DNA of 64,000 bases, from NCBI GenBank assembly GCA_019828565.1, contig JAHDYR010000033.1:160369-224368 (forward strand), given 5' to 3'. Made by a program: the position numbers and the translations under genes. The notes under the pieces were generated by a model. The model was not told where the DNA came from, did no database searches, and saw only the letters and a list, made by a program, of their open reading frames with translations. Below, piece after piece: positions 11,491 through 23,590 of this stretch. This DNA comes from Carpediemonas membranifera BICM. Its lineage: Eukaryota > Protista > Fornicata. Each line of letters starts with the position of its first letter. Positions within the stretch are counted from its first letter, which is position 1.

Positions 11491-12250
11491 CGTTAGACGA
11501 TCGTGACATGTAGACCAGGTTCCGGTGGTCAGTGAGGAGAGTAAACGACGTCCAGCACAGGAAACGGCGCCACCTCTGGAGGGCGGTGACAATCGCATAC
11601 GCTTCCTGTTCGATCGTGCTCCAACGCGTCTGCACATCTGAGAACGCGTGGGACATATAACACACCGGCTTGCCGTCCTGGAGGAGAACACCCCCGATCC
11701 CGAGATCAGACGCGTCTGTCATGACCACATGATCCTTCGAAACGTCAAAGTGCTCGAGTGCCGGTGCGTGGCAGAGGCGGTCCTTAACCTTGGCCAGCGC
11801 CTCTGCCTGAGGTAATCCGTCCGGAGCCTCCTTGCCGCTTGCCGCCCGGGCTAACGGTCGGATAAGCTCGGAGAAGTTAGGAACAAAGTCTCTCATAAAG
11901 TTGAGGAATCCCATAAGGGCCTGCGTGGCCTTCTTCGTCTTCGGTAGCCGCAGGCCTTCTACATCGCGGATCCTGTCTGGAGCAATCCGGAAACCCGAGC
12001 CGGACACAACCCATCCTAGGAACTCCACTTCGGCTAGGCCGAAATGCGACTTCTCCTTGTTCAACGATAGCTTGAGCTCGTCACATCGGCGGAGCACCTT
12101 AGCGAGATTGGCCAGATATTCCTGCTCCGAGCGTCCAAAGATGATAATGTCATCTATATATATAATGCAGGCGTCGCCTAAGAGGTCCTGGAACCCGCGC
12201 TCAATCGCGTACTGAAAGTGCGCGCCAGCGTTCTTCAGGCCGAACGGCAT
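11420..12250 (-). CDS. G1 RT / RNase H segment
   Basis: MPFGLKNA, YIDD, FLG, TDASDLGIGGVL and TDHRNL. Confidence 0.9.
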   Translation of the reverse strand: MPFGLKNAGAHFQYAIERGFQDLLGDACIIYIDDIIIFGRSEQEYLANLAKVLRRCDELKLSLNKEKSHFGLAEVEFLGWVVSGSGFRIAPDRIRDVEGLRLPKTKKATQALMGFLNFMRDFVPNFSELIRPLARAASGKEAPDGLPQAEALAKVKDRLCHAPALEHFDVSKDHVVMTDASDLGIGGVLLQDGKPVCYMSHAFSDVQTRWSTIEQEAYAIVTALQRWRRFLCWTSFTLLTDHRNLVYMSRSSNAKSPALVRVNRRPRLHSEACGRG

Positions 12251-14085
12251 TCCGGTGTATTGGAACTTCCCACGGGGGTCATAAACGCCGTGTATTGCCT
12301 AGAACGCTCGGTCAGCTCGACCTGGTGATACCCTTTCGAGAGGTCGAGAGTGGCGAAGACCTTGGCACCAGCAAGCCTGGTCAAGCACGTGTTAACCTCG
12401 GGGATCGGATAGTCGAATGGCGTGGTCAAATCATTGATTCTGCGGAAGTCTACGACCATCCTGGTCTTGTCCTTGCCCTTGGGGACGAGCAATGCTGGAG
12501 AAGAGTATGGCGAGAAGCTGGCCTCGATGTATTTCTTCGACAGTAGTTCGTTGACGTGCTCGTCGAACAGGCCCTGCTTCTGGTACGGTATGTAATTGGA
12601 TCTCGTGGCGACGACGCGGTCCTCCTTGAGTACGAGGTCGTATGGCTCTAATGCTGAGAACCCTTCTCGAGCATCAAAGCAATGAGCATAAGCTGCGAGG
12701 ATGCGGTCATGAGTGAGAGTGTAGTCCGAAGACAGAGTATACGCCTGGAGCGGCTCAGGCTCTGGCACGAAAGGCTCCAAGGCGTCTTCATTGTCAGACT
12801 GAGACGGTTCACACAAGCTGGGGAGAATACCCCACTCGACCATGGTCTGATATGACAAGAGGAGATCATAAGCACAGTCAACCCCATACGCGGAGACTGT
12901 GGTGGATAGACCTTTCGGGGTGAAAGGTGACTTACACATCTTCAACGGCACCTCATAACACGTATCAGTCTCGATCGTTCCACCCGGAGTCTTGATCTTA
13001 ATGGGTGCAGCGAGCTTCGTCGGAATGAGCTCGGCCGCTCTGGCGGAAGCCGGGTTGACAAGAGAAATGTCAGCACCACAGTCGAATAAGACACGGTGCC
13101 ATGTGGTAGATTCGTCGCTACCCATAGGGACGACGGCACTCACGACGGGTAGGGAGCGCTGGCCTTCAGCCGCCGACGTAGAAACAGAGACAGAGAAGCA
13201 TGATCTGGGGTTTACCTGACAGAACTTGTCTAGGTGCCCCGACTTGCCGCACTTCGCGCACACGGCCTTCTCTCTGGTGCATTCGAAAGCGCGGTGGTTC
13301 GGCCTGCCGCAGTTAAAGCATACGATGTCTCGCTGGTGACCGTGGTGTTGCGTCTGCTGCTGACGCTGACCGTGACGTTGGCCTTGCTGGTGGAAGTGCG
13401 TCTGATACTGGCGGGGCTGGTGTTGCTGCCGCTTGTCTTGGCGCGGCTGATCCTGAGGCTCGCGCTGCTCACGCGGGGGGCGTTTGCGGACAGCGGACTG
13501 CTTAGAGCGTTCGCGCTCTTGAGCAGGGGCAGGCTTGGACGTTGAAGTGAGCTTGATTGCTTCCTCCAGACGCTTACATGTCAGGAGGGCGGTCGAAAAG
13601 GTCGCATCAAGTGACAGACCCTTGGAGGCGTGAGAAACCTCCTCTCTGAGCGTTTCGTCTTGGATTCCGCGCAAAAACTGGCCGCGAAGGACTGAATCCT
13701 TGCCCGTGGGTGCAATGAGACGGCGGCGGGAAGCGAAGCGGTCGATATAGAGAGATAGGCGGCCAATATCGATACCAGTGGTCGATAGGTCGAAAAGGCG
13801 GCGCTCAAGGATCGCATCGGAGGGCTTAACAATGTCCACAATCGCCTGGAATACGATGTCCTCGCGTTCGTGCTTCGTTCTTTTGGAGCCATCATCGTGA
13901 TGTTTTGCGGCCTGATACTTTCTGGTAATATCAGTACCCATCGCCTTGCAGTATGAGGTCACCGCGGGTCCGAGTCGCTTAAGCAAGCGCCTCTTTCCGC
14001 CCGCGCGAACATGCTTATCCAATTTCTCGGCAAATGAGAGGACTGCGTGAATCTCAGGCTGTGTACATAAAGGTCCCTTATCCAT
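12235..14085 (-). CDS. G1 Gag-protease-RT (N-terminal part)
   Basis: CFNCGRPNHRAFEC, CAKCGKSGHLDKFC, LFDCGADISLV and LDLSKGYHQ. A frameshift near 12250 continues into 11420-12250. Confidence 0.9.
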   Translation of the reverse strand: MDKGPLCTQPEIHAVLSFAEKLDKHVRAGGKRRLLKRLGPAVTSYCKAMGTDITRKYQAAKHHDDGSKRTKHEREDIVFQAIVDIVKPSDAILERRLFDLSTTGIDIGRLSLYIDRFASRRRLIAPTGKDSVLRGQFLRGIQDETLREEVSHASKGLSLDATFSTALLTCKRLEEAIKLTSTSKPAPAQERERSKQSAVRKRPPREQREPQDQPRQDKRQQHQPRQYQTHFHQQGQRHGQRQQQTQHHGHQRDIVCFNCGRPNHRAFECTREKAVCAKCGKSGHLDKFCQVNPRSCFSVSVSTSAAEGQRSLPVVSAVVPMGSDESTTWHRVLFDCGADISLVNPASARAAELIPTKLAAPIKIKTPGGTIETDTCYEVPLKMCKSPFTPKGLSTTVSAYGVDCAYDLLLSYQTMVEWGILPSLCEPSQSDNEDALEPFVPEPEPLQAYTLSSDYTLTHDRILAAYAHCFDAREGFSALEPYDLVLKEDRVVATRSNYIPYQKQGLFDEHVNELLSKKYIEASFSPYSSPALLVPKGKDKTRMVVDFRRINDLTTPFDYPIPEVNTCLTRLAGAKVFATLDLSKGYHQVELTERSRQYTAFMTPVGSSNTPECRSA

Positions 14086-14105
14086 TAGTTTGGAAGTAAG
14101 CTTAC

Positions 14106-14213
14106 TGTGATCACTAAGGAAAAAGACTTTACAAAGAGAGCTCGACACAAGGGTGTCGAGCTGGACGGATCAAGACCGTATCAAATACGTATCTCATATA
14201 TAAATGGCTGACA
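14106..14213 (-). repeat. 5' LTR of G1 (108 bp, TGTCAG...ATCACA), followed by palindrome GTAAGCTTAC (14096-14105)
   Basis: TGT/ACA termini, homology and near-equal length to LTR 21189-21295, and an outer end that abuts the truncated RT of G2. Confidence 0.75.
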
Positions 14214-16461
14214 GACCTATCCAAAGCGTTCCACCAGATCATAATCAACCAGGACTCGCGCAAGTATACCGCTTTTGTGGCTGGTGGGAAGAAATACCAG
14301 TATAAGCGGATGCCCTTTGGGCTTCGTAATGCTCCCATCCACTGCCAGAAAGCCATGGAACACATTCTGGGTCAATCCCTTTATACTCAGTGTCTCGCTT
14401 ACATAGATGACATTGTCGTCTTTGGAGCGAACCGTGACGAGTTCCTGAAGAATCTGGAGGACGTGTTAGCTCGCATCCACGCGGCCGGTCTGAAGCTTAA
14501 TCCTTCCAAGACGGTCATTGGAGCGACTTCCATCGACTATTTGGGCTGGCGAGTAGACAAGGACGGTAAGCGGATCTCCCCCGACCGTCTGGAGGCCATC
14601 CATGATCTCAAGGAGCCGACTAGTCTGACGGACGCCCGAGCCTTGCTCGGGTTCGCGAACTACTTTCGAGCACTCATTGAGCGTTACGTCGATATGACTG
14701 AACCCATCACCGAGCTCACCCGAGCCGCCGAAAAGTTCGTTTGGGGCGACCGACAACATGACGCGTTTGAGCAGATTAAGCGAGAGCTTCTACTGCAGCG
14801 CACGCTGGTCCACCCCTGTCCCGACGAACATCTCCACATTTTTACGGACGCATCAGACTACGGCATTGGTGGCGTGCTGATGAACGCGGAGTTTAAGCCC
14901 ATCGCGTTCTTCGCCAAGACGCTCACGCCCCAACAGCGCCGTTGGTCTACGATAGAGAAAGAGTGCTACGCTCTGTACTTCGGTACTACCAAGTTCAGAC
15001 GCTATCTCGCTGGACGAGACTTCACAGCTCATCTAGATCACCGTAACTTGGTCTACATGGACCGTTCCTTGAATTCCAAGGTGATTAGATGGAGCCTCGC
15101 GCTGTCTGAGTACTCATTCGACATCGTACACGTTCCAGGTTCCGACAACTCTGTAGCGGACACCCTGTCCCGCCTCGTTCACCTGGACGAGACCTCCGTC
15201 GAACCTTCCCCTCCACCCGAGGCGCATCGGGAATCCTTCCAAGAAGCACATGGCGGAGATGCTGGTCACCTTGGCCGTGATGCCACCTGCAAACGCATCA
15301 TAGCCGCCGACAAGGGCTGGCCTGGCATGCGCCGGGACGTTACTGCCTGGATAAGACAGTGCCCTGTTTGCCAGTTGACACGCCTCAAGCTTTCACCGTT
15401 TCCCCAAGCGACCCATCCCATGACCGGCAGCCGACCCTTCGAAGTAGTGGAGGCCGACACCATTGGTCCCCTCTCACTGCCCGGGCAACACCGCTACGCG
15501 GTTGTGATTATCGACACGTTTACTAGACTCACCCAAGCCTACCCCCACGAAGAGCACGGACGCTGTATCTGCACGTTCGGCTTTATCGACATGGATGAAA
15601 CACTATGGCTCCCCGACATGTTTGATTACCGATGGTGGCTCACAGTACCATAACAGAACCATCAGAGAATTTTGCCAAGACCACGGTATAAGACACGAGA
15701 TCGGTACGCCTTATCATCCTGCGGGACAGGGTGCTGTTGAAAGAGCGAACAAAGAGGTGAAGAGACACCTACGCGCCTGGATTCTCGAACATGACGACGA
15801 CTGGGAGGACGCCTTACCACGAATCACGAATATAATCAACAACGCACCTCTAACGGCCTCCAACCTGTCGCCGTACGAAGTCCTATACGCCAGGGACGTT
15901 CACGAACCGACTAGACAACCTTCCCTCACCGTCGACCACTTTCGTACCACCCTACGCTGTTTACAGAGCAGACAACGCGCTGTCGGTGGCCAAACTCCAG
16001 CGCAGAGCCATCCAGCGAGTCATCTCCTTGGATCCGCCGCCATGATCCAGCGCAAAACTGCCATAGGCATCGTACCCCGGGGCCCGGTCCGGGTAATCTC
16101 CACCAATCCCGACCGCCCCAACACCTACGTCGTTCAAGACCTCACCACTGACCACCGCCTGACAGTACATGCCTCTGAGCTTTACCAGTTCGAGGGCAGC
16201 TACACTGACGCTGAGCTCAAACACTGGGCAGCCCGCAACGAAGGAGAGTACGTGGTTAGGAAGGTTGCTGACCATCGCCGACAAGCGGGCAACCTTCAGT
16301 TCCTCCTCTTGTGGGAGGGCTACGATGACGACGAAGGCACATGGACCGATTACAGCCGCGAAATCGATGGATTAGCTGCCCTGGACGCATACATTAATGA
16401 GCATCCGAGATTGAAGCTTCCATCGCTCAGGAAGGGACGCCACGCCGGTAAATCCCCCTGA
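14214..16461 (+). mobile_element. Ty3/gypsy chromodomain element G2, 5'-truncated pol (RT-RNase H-integrase-chromodomain)
   Basis: It starts at DLSKAFHQ and carries YIDD, TDASDYGIGG, ADTIGP, TDGG, GAVER and YVVRKVADHR..LLWEGY. There is a frameshift near 15550. Confidence 0.93.
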
Positions 16462-16601
16462 GACGTGTGCTGTTGATGTTGTTTGATGAAGAAAGAAGAG
16501 AAGAAGAGGAAAAGTGATTGCAATCACGAGGATAATGATAATGAACGCAAATGATCACCTAAGAGAGAGAGAGAGAGCGTGAACTCGCCGAAACGAACTA
16601 A

Positions 16602-19600
16602 TGTGCCCTTAACCTGCGGAATTCGTAAAACAGTCTTTATCATATTTCTGGGCCCTAGCACGGCACAGTATCGATACTGCCGATTCAAATGAAGACTCTT
16701 ACAATTGACACCCCGTTCGCCGTCGAGAGAGCACTCCAGGAGTACCTCTCGGCGATGCCCCACGAGAAGAATCCAATTTCGTTCTTTAGGGCATTGTCCC
16801 CCGAGACAACAGAAAAACTTCGCGCCCAGTGGCGCCCAACCACTCTTTTTGACACTTTCGAGGACCTACAACGAACCGTTCTGTCCGATTCCGATGCTCG
16901 CCGCGCGGCGAACACAAGCTCTGCCAGTACTGCGGCACGAGCCCGTACAACGAAGACCGACAACCTCACCGCCATCTGGGTAGAGGAGGTACAGAAGACC
17001 ATAAGAAAAGCCACGTTCGCCGCCTGTAGCGAGTGTGCAGCTAAGCACAAGGACCCCACCCTGACAGCAATGACCCGGGAGTGCCTTGAAGCTCAACATC
17101 CCCAGATACTGACTGACTGCGGCAAGAAGGCCCGCGACTTCTTCACCCAGCTGACCGACGACCACGACATCGCAAACGTCGAGACAGTCGCACGGCCTGG
17201 CAACCTGACCGGCCCGGACGGCGAAGACGTCTCGGTGGCGTTCGTGTACATGCCCCCAGTGCCCGAGGAGACCAAGCCCGCCCCCTCCTCGGCGGCTTGG
17301 CCAGTCTTCGATGGCGGGGACGTCTACGCTTTCCTCGCCAAGGAGGCGACCTCCATCGCCCCCTACCTCGCATATACCCTCTTGACTAGTACGGACCCGG
17401 GCGCAAGAGCCAAGCTCCTCAAGGCAAAGCTCGACAACATCACGCTATACGGTCCGGAGCCCCGGCACCGAACGGCCGTCGAGAAGGCACGTAAGCTCAT
17501 AAGCGCCCTCAACCCAGACATCAAGGACGTCCCCACCATCTCCGCAAAACTGCTCGAGCGGATCATTCGGGACTTCGCCACTAGAGGTTTCTCCAAAGAA
17601 GCCGAGGATGTATACGAAGAAGAGATTGAGGACTACTCCGACAAGATCAGCGAACTTCTCGACAAACTACGCGACTTGGATGTTGATCACGACGAGAACA
17701 TCATTATCCCATGGCGTGCCTTCAGACTCGCCAGCCCACAAGCCGACAACAACGAGCAGGCGTCGGGCACTTCAGGCAGGAAGCCGCTCGCTCGCAGGCT
17801 CGATGGTCGCGATCCGTTCCAGCAGTTCAGGGACAAGACCAAGTTCCGCATGCCTCCTTCCCACACGAGATACTGCACACAGCATGGCTGGAACCCGCAC
17901 CACGAGACGAAGGACTGCAGGTTCCTCATCAGACGGGAGGCTTACAAGGCCCAAGAACGCCAGCCACAGACCGAGAAGCGTCAGGAACGCAGACCCGAAG
18001 AGCGGCAAAAGCAGCCCGGCAACCGCGCACGCCCTGTGGCGCCCACCAGTCACCAACAGTCGGATCGCCGGGCCGGCCGCATGGACCTCCGCCCCTCGTC
18101 TACCCTGAAGAACCCCCGCCGCGTCGATGAGGTGTTTGACGCGGATGAAGCGTCTCATTCGGAGTTGGAGAACGAAGTCTACGAGATCGAGGACATCATA
18201 CTCGACAAGGACCCGGTGAAGGTCCCGGCTGTTATCAACGGCCAGCACATGAACGTCAAGTTCGACATCGGCGCTTGCACGTCGGTCATATCAGCCCCTG
18301 CCCTCGCAGCGATCCCCCGACGTGACCCTGATACCGACCTCAGTCGAACTTCTCGGCGCTGGGGACGATATCATCTCCACTGGCAAAGCCGCCAAGGTCT
18401 CGCTGACCCTCCCCAGTGTCGACGGAAAGACCGTGACCACCACTGCGTTGCTCATGGTCACGAAGGGCCAGAGGAAGAAGGTCCTCATTGGACGCGATTT
18501 GCTCCGCCGCCTCGGCTTCCTGCTGAACGACCGGCTACTAATACCGTCCGCTGACCCGATCGATGACGACGACGGCCTGGGACAGCACCCCTACCTCGAC
18601 TCGACAACAGAAGAAGTCGACCCCGAGGAAGAGTGGCGCAAGGTTAAGCTGCCGACCGAAGAGAACCCGGAGCTGGCTGCCTGGCTGACCGACTTCCTTC
18701 GCGAGCGCAAGGCCGTGTTTGGCCCTCTACCTCCGGATGGCAGCAGGATGCCGCCACACGAGATCGTCGTCGATCCAAGCCGCCCTACACCCAGGGCCCG
18801 ACCCAGGCCGTTGAAGGGTGACCCGGGAAACTCAGCCCTCGCGGAGATCGACAAGATGCTCAACCAGGGCGTGATCCGAGAGAGTCAAAGTCCGCACTCT
18901 AGCCCGCACGTCATGGCAAAGAAGAAGAGCGGCGAAGACCGCTTCTGCATCGCTTACAACGTCTTGAACAACGCCACCATCGACGACCTGTACCCCACGC
19001 CGGACATCCGATCGTTTGTACACGAGGCGAGCGGATGCTCCGTGTTCGCGGCGCTCGACCTGCGCAGCGGATACTGGCAGCAGAACATGGCAACCGATAG
19101 CATCCCGCTCACCGCATTCACCGTCCCGGGCGGGCATTACGAGTTCTTACGTACACCATTCGGGCTGAAGAACGCCCCAGCAAAGTTCCAGCGAGCCATG
19201 GACGAGATGCTCGCTGGTATCGACGGTTCGAGAGCCTATATCGACGATATCTTTGCGTACGCCCGCTCCATTCAGGATTTCAAGTCGACCCTCACCCAGA
19301 TCTTCGACCAGTTGGAAGCTTACGATATCAAACTCCGCGCCGACAAGTGTGCCATTGGCATGAAGGAGGTTGAAGTCTGTGGGTTTATAGTCAACGAGTC
19401 TGGCAGGTCGGTTTCCCCTCACGTATCGCAGCCATCCAGGACCTCACACCCCCAACGACGACAACGGAGCTGCGCCGCACGCTAGGCAAGTTCAACTATC
19501 TGTCAAACTATATCCCACACCTCGCCCACGCATCAGCCCCGCTCAACGCCCTCCTAAAGGGATCGCCGCAGAAGTCGGCCCCCCTCGATTGGACTGCCAC

Positions 19601-20820
19601 TGAGGACGAAGCATTCGCCCGTATGAAGACCCTAGTAGCCGAGCACACCGCCCTCGCGCTCCCAGACCTGAGTGCAAAGTGGACTCTCGAGACCGACGCA
19701 TCGTCGACCGCCATCGGTGGTGTACTGTGGCAGGGCGAGGGTGACGAGAAGGTCCCACTCGCCTTCTACAGCAAGACCCTCGACGAGACCCAGCAACGGT
19801 GGTCCACGGTGGAACAGGAGCTTTTCGCCATTGTCTATTGTGTAACGCGACCAGAGTTTTCCCCCCTCTTCAAGCTGAAGCCGTTCGAGCTTCGCACGGA
19901 CCATCGTAATCTGATATGGCTACTCAGGAAGACAGACGAGGACGGCACTAAGAAACTGACACGATGGCGACTCACCATGACAGAGTATCCGTATAACGTC
20001 ACACACATAGCTGGAGCGCAGAACCTCGTAGCCGACGCACTGTCGCGGCCATCATCTCAGCGCAAGAACGAGGTGCGCCGCTCGATCGACCACGTCACCA
20101 CGACGCGCCAAGAGCAGATCACCAGGGCGCACGCCGGTGCACAGGGCCACGTCGGCCCAGACCAGACCATCGCCAATCTGAAGCAGTCCGGTGTCACGTG
20201 GCCAGGCATGTCGGATGACGTCCGCGCGACCTTACGCCAGTGTCCAATCTGTCGCAAGACAAAGCCAGCCCGCAAGGAGCCGATCAAGTGGCACTCTACT
20301 CAGCGCATCCGCCCATTCGAGACGGTGCAGGTGGACACCATTGGCCCTTTGCCCGAGAGAGACGGTCTCAAGTACGTCATCACGGTGGTGGACGTGTTCT
20401 CGAAGTTCACCATATTGAAGCCCACACGGTCAACGAGCGCAGCCGAGGCAGCAGCCGCATTGCTGGAGATCTGGGCGACTTTCGGCGTCCCGGCCGAGCT
20501 CCAGTCTGACCAAGGTACACAGTTCAGGAATGCCCTAGTCGAGGAGATGAACGAGCGACTGAGCCTCAAGCACCGGTTCAGTACGGCATATCATCCGGCC
20601 AGCAACGGCGTAGTCGAACGCCTGAATGGTACCGTCATGAGACGCTTAAGAGCGCTCCTGCTGGACGCCCGCGACGACAACTGGCCCGCATACCTGCCCA
20701 TCGCCCAGCACGTTATCAACGCCACCCGCCACTCCACCACAGGCCTCAGCCCCTTCGAACTATTGTTCGGACGCAAGTCAACCATGCTGCGCGTCGCGCC
20801 CGACGCCCTGACCAACGCAA
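16602..20820 (+). mobile_element. Ty3/gypsy element G3 with 66-bp 5' LTR (16602-16667), 3'-truncated within integrase
   Basis: LTR TGTGCC...GGCACA has perfect 6-bp terminal inverted repeats. Gag starts at 16689 with CTQHGWNPHHETKDC, followed by protease FDIGA, RT YIDD, RNase H and an integrase DDE core. Confidence 0.93.
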
Positions 20821-20840
20821 CCCAGATGCTCGAGCACTGA
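16689..20840 (+). CDS. G3 Gag-Pol in three frameshifted pieces (16689-18554, 18322-19485, 19623-20840)
   Basis: Domain order Gag-PR-RT-RH-IN is continuous. The shifts fall at C-runs near 18315 and 19415. Confidence 0.88.
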
Positions 20841-20845
20841 GCCCG

Positions 20846-21295
20846 GCTCGAGCATCTGGGTCGTTAGCTGGAAAAGACGGCGCTCTAGGATCGGATCAGT
20901 GGGCTTAATTGCGTTAGCAATCGCTCTGAAAACGAGGTCCTCTCTCTCATGTTTCTTACGCTTCTCGCCCGTCACTGTGTTGTGCTTCGCGCTCTTGTAT
21001 GTCTTGGCTACGTCTATACCAACTGCTGCACAGTATGAGGTGACAGCCGGACCCAAACGCTTGATAAGTCGGCGTTTTCCGCCCGTTCGGACATGGCGTT
21101 CGAGTTTCTCCTTAAACGAAAGCAGAGCATTAATCTCTGGTTGAGTACATAACGGACCCTTGTCCTCAGTCATTGTAAGTAACGTTACTGTGGGTTCGTG
21201 AGAACAAAGCTTTACAAAGAATAGAGCTCGACACCCATGTGTCGAGCTGGACGACTCAAGACCTACCTATTAAATAATCTATTGATGAACCAACA
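20846..21295 (-). mobile_element. G1-family fragment G1b: 107-bp 5' LTR (21189-21295) plus Gag N-terminus (ATG 21173)
   Basis: Gag DKGPLCTQPEI..SF.EKL..HVR.GGKRRL.KRLGPAVTSYC matches G1. LTR TGTTGG...CCCACA is followed by GTAACGTTAC (21179-21188). Confidence 0.88.
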
Positions 21296-21819
21296 GGGGT
21301 ACTAGGCCTTGCAGATCTAGAGTCTGTGTTAGCCCTAGCCCACGCCGCCTAACAGGGGTAGATGAGAGGGACTTAGTTGCTTTCCCCGCCCACGGGTAGG
21401 CCACTTAACAGAGTCGTGGGGGCACTGAACAGGGAATCTGGAAAGATGAGAGGGTGCCATGCTTGAACGACCCCGTAGGGACTGCAGGGAATCAGGGAGT
21501 GCTATAGAGAAGGTCTTGCAGGACAAACCTGCCTGTGGAAGCACCGAGGACAGACCCCCAGGCTCCCTGGAAGCTGCCGGGTTTACAGGGAGACAGGAAA
21601 GCGCTCAGCGCACGGAGATGGCGAAGGCCTATGGGGGGAAGTGAAATCGGGAGTGAGCGGAAGCAGTAGCACCGAATCGCTCGTTGGACGCAGCTGACAA
21701 GTTCAATCGCAGGGAGGAGGCAGCGCCCCGGGGAACTCGGCTCCAGTAATAAGGGAGATCAGCCTAAGTAACCGGGGCCCGATACCAGGCACCATAAATT
21801 TTCTTTCTTTCTTTCAGCG

Positions 21820-23271
21820 CAGGGTGCTCACCGTCTTCACGGACAACTCCACAGCCCAGGCTTGGGTCAACCGTCAGGGCTCTACGCACGCGCCCCAAGC
21901 TGCGATGGATCTTGTGCAGGAGCTTCACACTCTGCTCGCAAGCCGCAACCTTATCATCAAGGCCGAGTTCACGCCGGGTCGAGCCAACATCCACGCAGAC
22001 CGGCTGTCTCGCAACATAGAGGTGCCTCCGACACTGACAGAGCAGCTCCTAGCTCTGTGGGGGCCGGCCAACACCATCTGGGAGGGCGACGGCCCGAAGG
22101 TCTGGCGCGGTCGTCGAGTTCTGGTGGTGAATACAGCAGTGACGAGAGCAGTGACGAGTCTATGTCTCAAGGCTACAGCTCCGACAGCACCTACGTCCCA
22201 TCCGAGGACCTGGACCTCGTCGATATTCCTCCTCGTGAAAGACACTATGTCGCCAGAGTTGCGCCTCCTCAAGCAGGCAGCTCGCCTGAAGCGCTACTTC
22301 TCGACAACCGAGCCCCAGAGCGGCATGAAGTCGAGGTACATCGGTCTGGCCCTTCCAACCTGTTCGAAGGAATCAGACTATCTGATCAGCTCTCGCACCT
22401 CGAGGAGCAAGGAAGGCGAGCGGTCGCCGGCTGGGTTACCAAGTTCATCGAGAGTAGAGATCCGAAGCTGTCCCACGCAGCCCAGTTCAGGGCATTCCTG
22501 CTCAAAGAGGGAAGGAACTCAGGGCCGGACTCGGTCGGCCGCAAGGCTTACTGGGTCATCCAAGCAGCCCCGCGATGGTCTAGCTGGAGAGTTCCTCTCG
22601 ACGCGCAGGCGATCCAGAAAGAAGCCCGCAAGAGAGCTACCCTGAAGGGTCTCACCGGAGGGTCACGCCCAGTCTACAGGATCGAGATGAGCGACGCCAT
22701 CGCGAACCGCAACAGTTCTATTAGGGCATACCAGGCAACCCTGTTTGCGTCCATGTGCTACTTGACGGTCAGTAGAGGAAGGGAGATCTTCACGCTAACG
22801 CCCGGGCGCATCACCTTCGAGCCTAACGGTGACGCCACACTCGGCATCCCTCGTACCAAGACCATGATAGGGGTGGCTAAGAGACTCCCTAACGTCTGGA
22901 TCCTGGGTTTTAACCCAGCTAAGGCTTTACAGCGCTGGCTGACTGGCCTATCTCTTCCGGACGATGCCTGCATGTGGCGGGAGGTGACTCCCCGCAATAC
23001 GCTCAGTCGTCGCAACCCACGGTCAGCTAGGGGTTTGCTGCAGGACGTGAAGCGCTTATTCGGCCCAAGGTCGGGCTGGCATTCGTTCCGCAAGGGTGCC
23101 GCCTCGGAGCTTGCCCTATGTGGCACGCCTCTGGAGGCTCTGCTCGCCATGGGTACCTGGCGGGAGGTTCGTAGTTTGCGCTCTTACATCGGACAGGCTA
23201 TGCGCAACGAGCCTCTCTTCGTCCGCGAAGCGACAAGGAGTCTGCTGCGGCCTAGCGCGAAGCGTCTTTAA
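21820..23271 (+). mobile_element. DIRS-type retroelement remnant D1: RNase H end, degenerate MT-like region and overlapping tyrosine recombinase
   Basis: FTDNSTAQAWVNRQGS...PGRANIHADRLSR lies in 21824-22645. YR motifs LTVSRGREI, KT, WHSFRKGAA and MGTW..SLRSYI lie in 21862-23271. Confidence 0.9.
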
Positions 23272-23517
23272 CGCTGCGCTCCTAATCATTCTAAACAATC
23301 TTTAAACGCGTTCGTCGAAGCGAAATGGTTTCGCCTTGATCCGCTCCCGCTATAACAATGCGAGGCTATTGTAGTGAGAGTAGCGGTAGTAGTGTGTCCT
23401 CTGGGTGAGTGGTTCCATCTGGGTTGGTGATTATATGTTAGTTGGCCATGTTATATGGCTGGTTATCAAGCGGCCATGAAATATGGCTAAGGTGACAAGA
23501 AGTGAAATGCAAAAGTT

Positions 23518-23590
23518 TGGTCCCTGCCAGACTCGAACTGGCATCGCAGGATTCAGAGTCCTGAGTGCTAACCACTTACACTAAGGGACC
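23518..23590 (-). tRNA. tRNA-Gln (CTG)
   Basis: The reverse complement ggtcccttagtgtaagtggttagcactcaggactCTGaatcctgcgatgccagttcgagtctggcagggacca folds as a cloverleaf with a GTTCGA T-loop and is followed by a T-run. Confidence 0.95.

Larger units (their letters stand above)
10125..14213 (-). mobile_element. Ty3/gypsy chromodomain LTR retrotransposon G1 (5' LTR present, 3' LTR not found, frameshifted pol)
   Basis: Gag has two CCHC knuckles. Protease LFDCGA, RT YIDD, RNase H TDAS and TDHRNL, integrase MDTIGP / TDGG / NGIVER and GWRGP, and chromodomain YLVESIL..VRWLGYEPSEDTWEP are all present. Confidence 0.95.

Noticed and set aside
16462-16601. 3' LTR of G2
   Set aside because: There is no second copy to compare, and the region is low-complexity purine-rich sequence.
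18300-18330. Programmed gag-pol frameshift in G3
   Set aside because: The shift falls inside the protease domain at a C-run, so a mutation or sequencing error is more likely.
21189-21199. gggttcg as a tRNA T-arm-derived PBS in G1b
   Set aside because: It lies inside the LTR once the boundary is set by comparison with G1, and it is not conserved in G1.
21296-21800. Possible decayed DIRS fragment on the minus strand
   Set aside because: Only a PVGG-like word among stop codons, which is not supportable.
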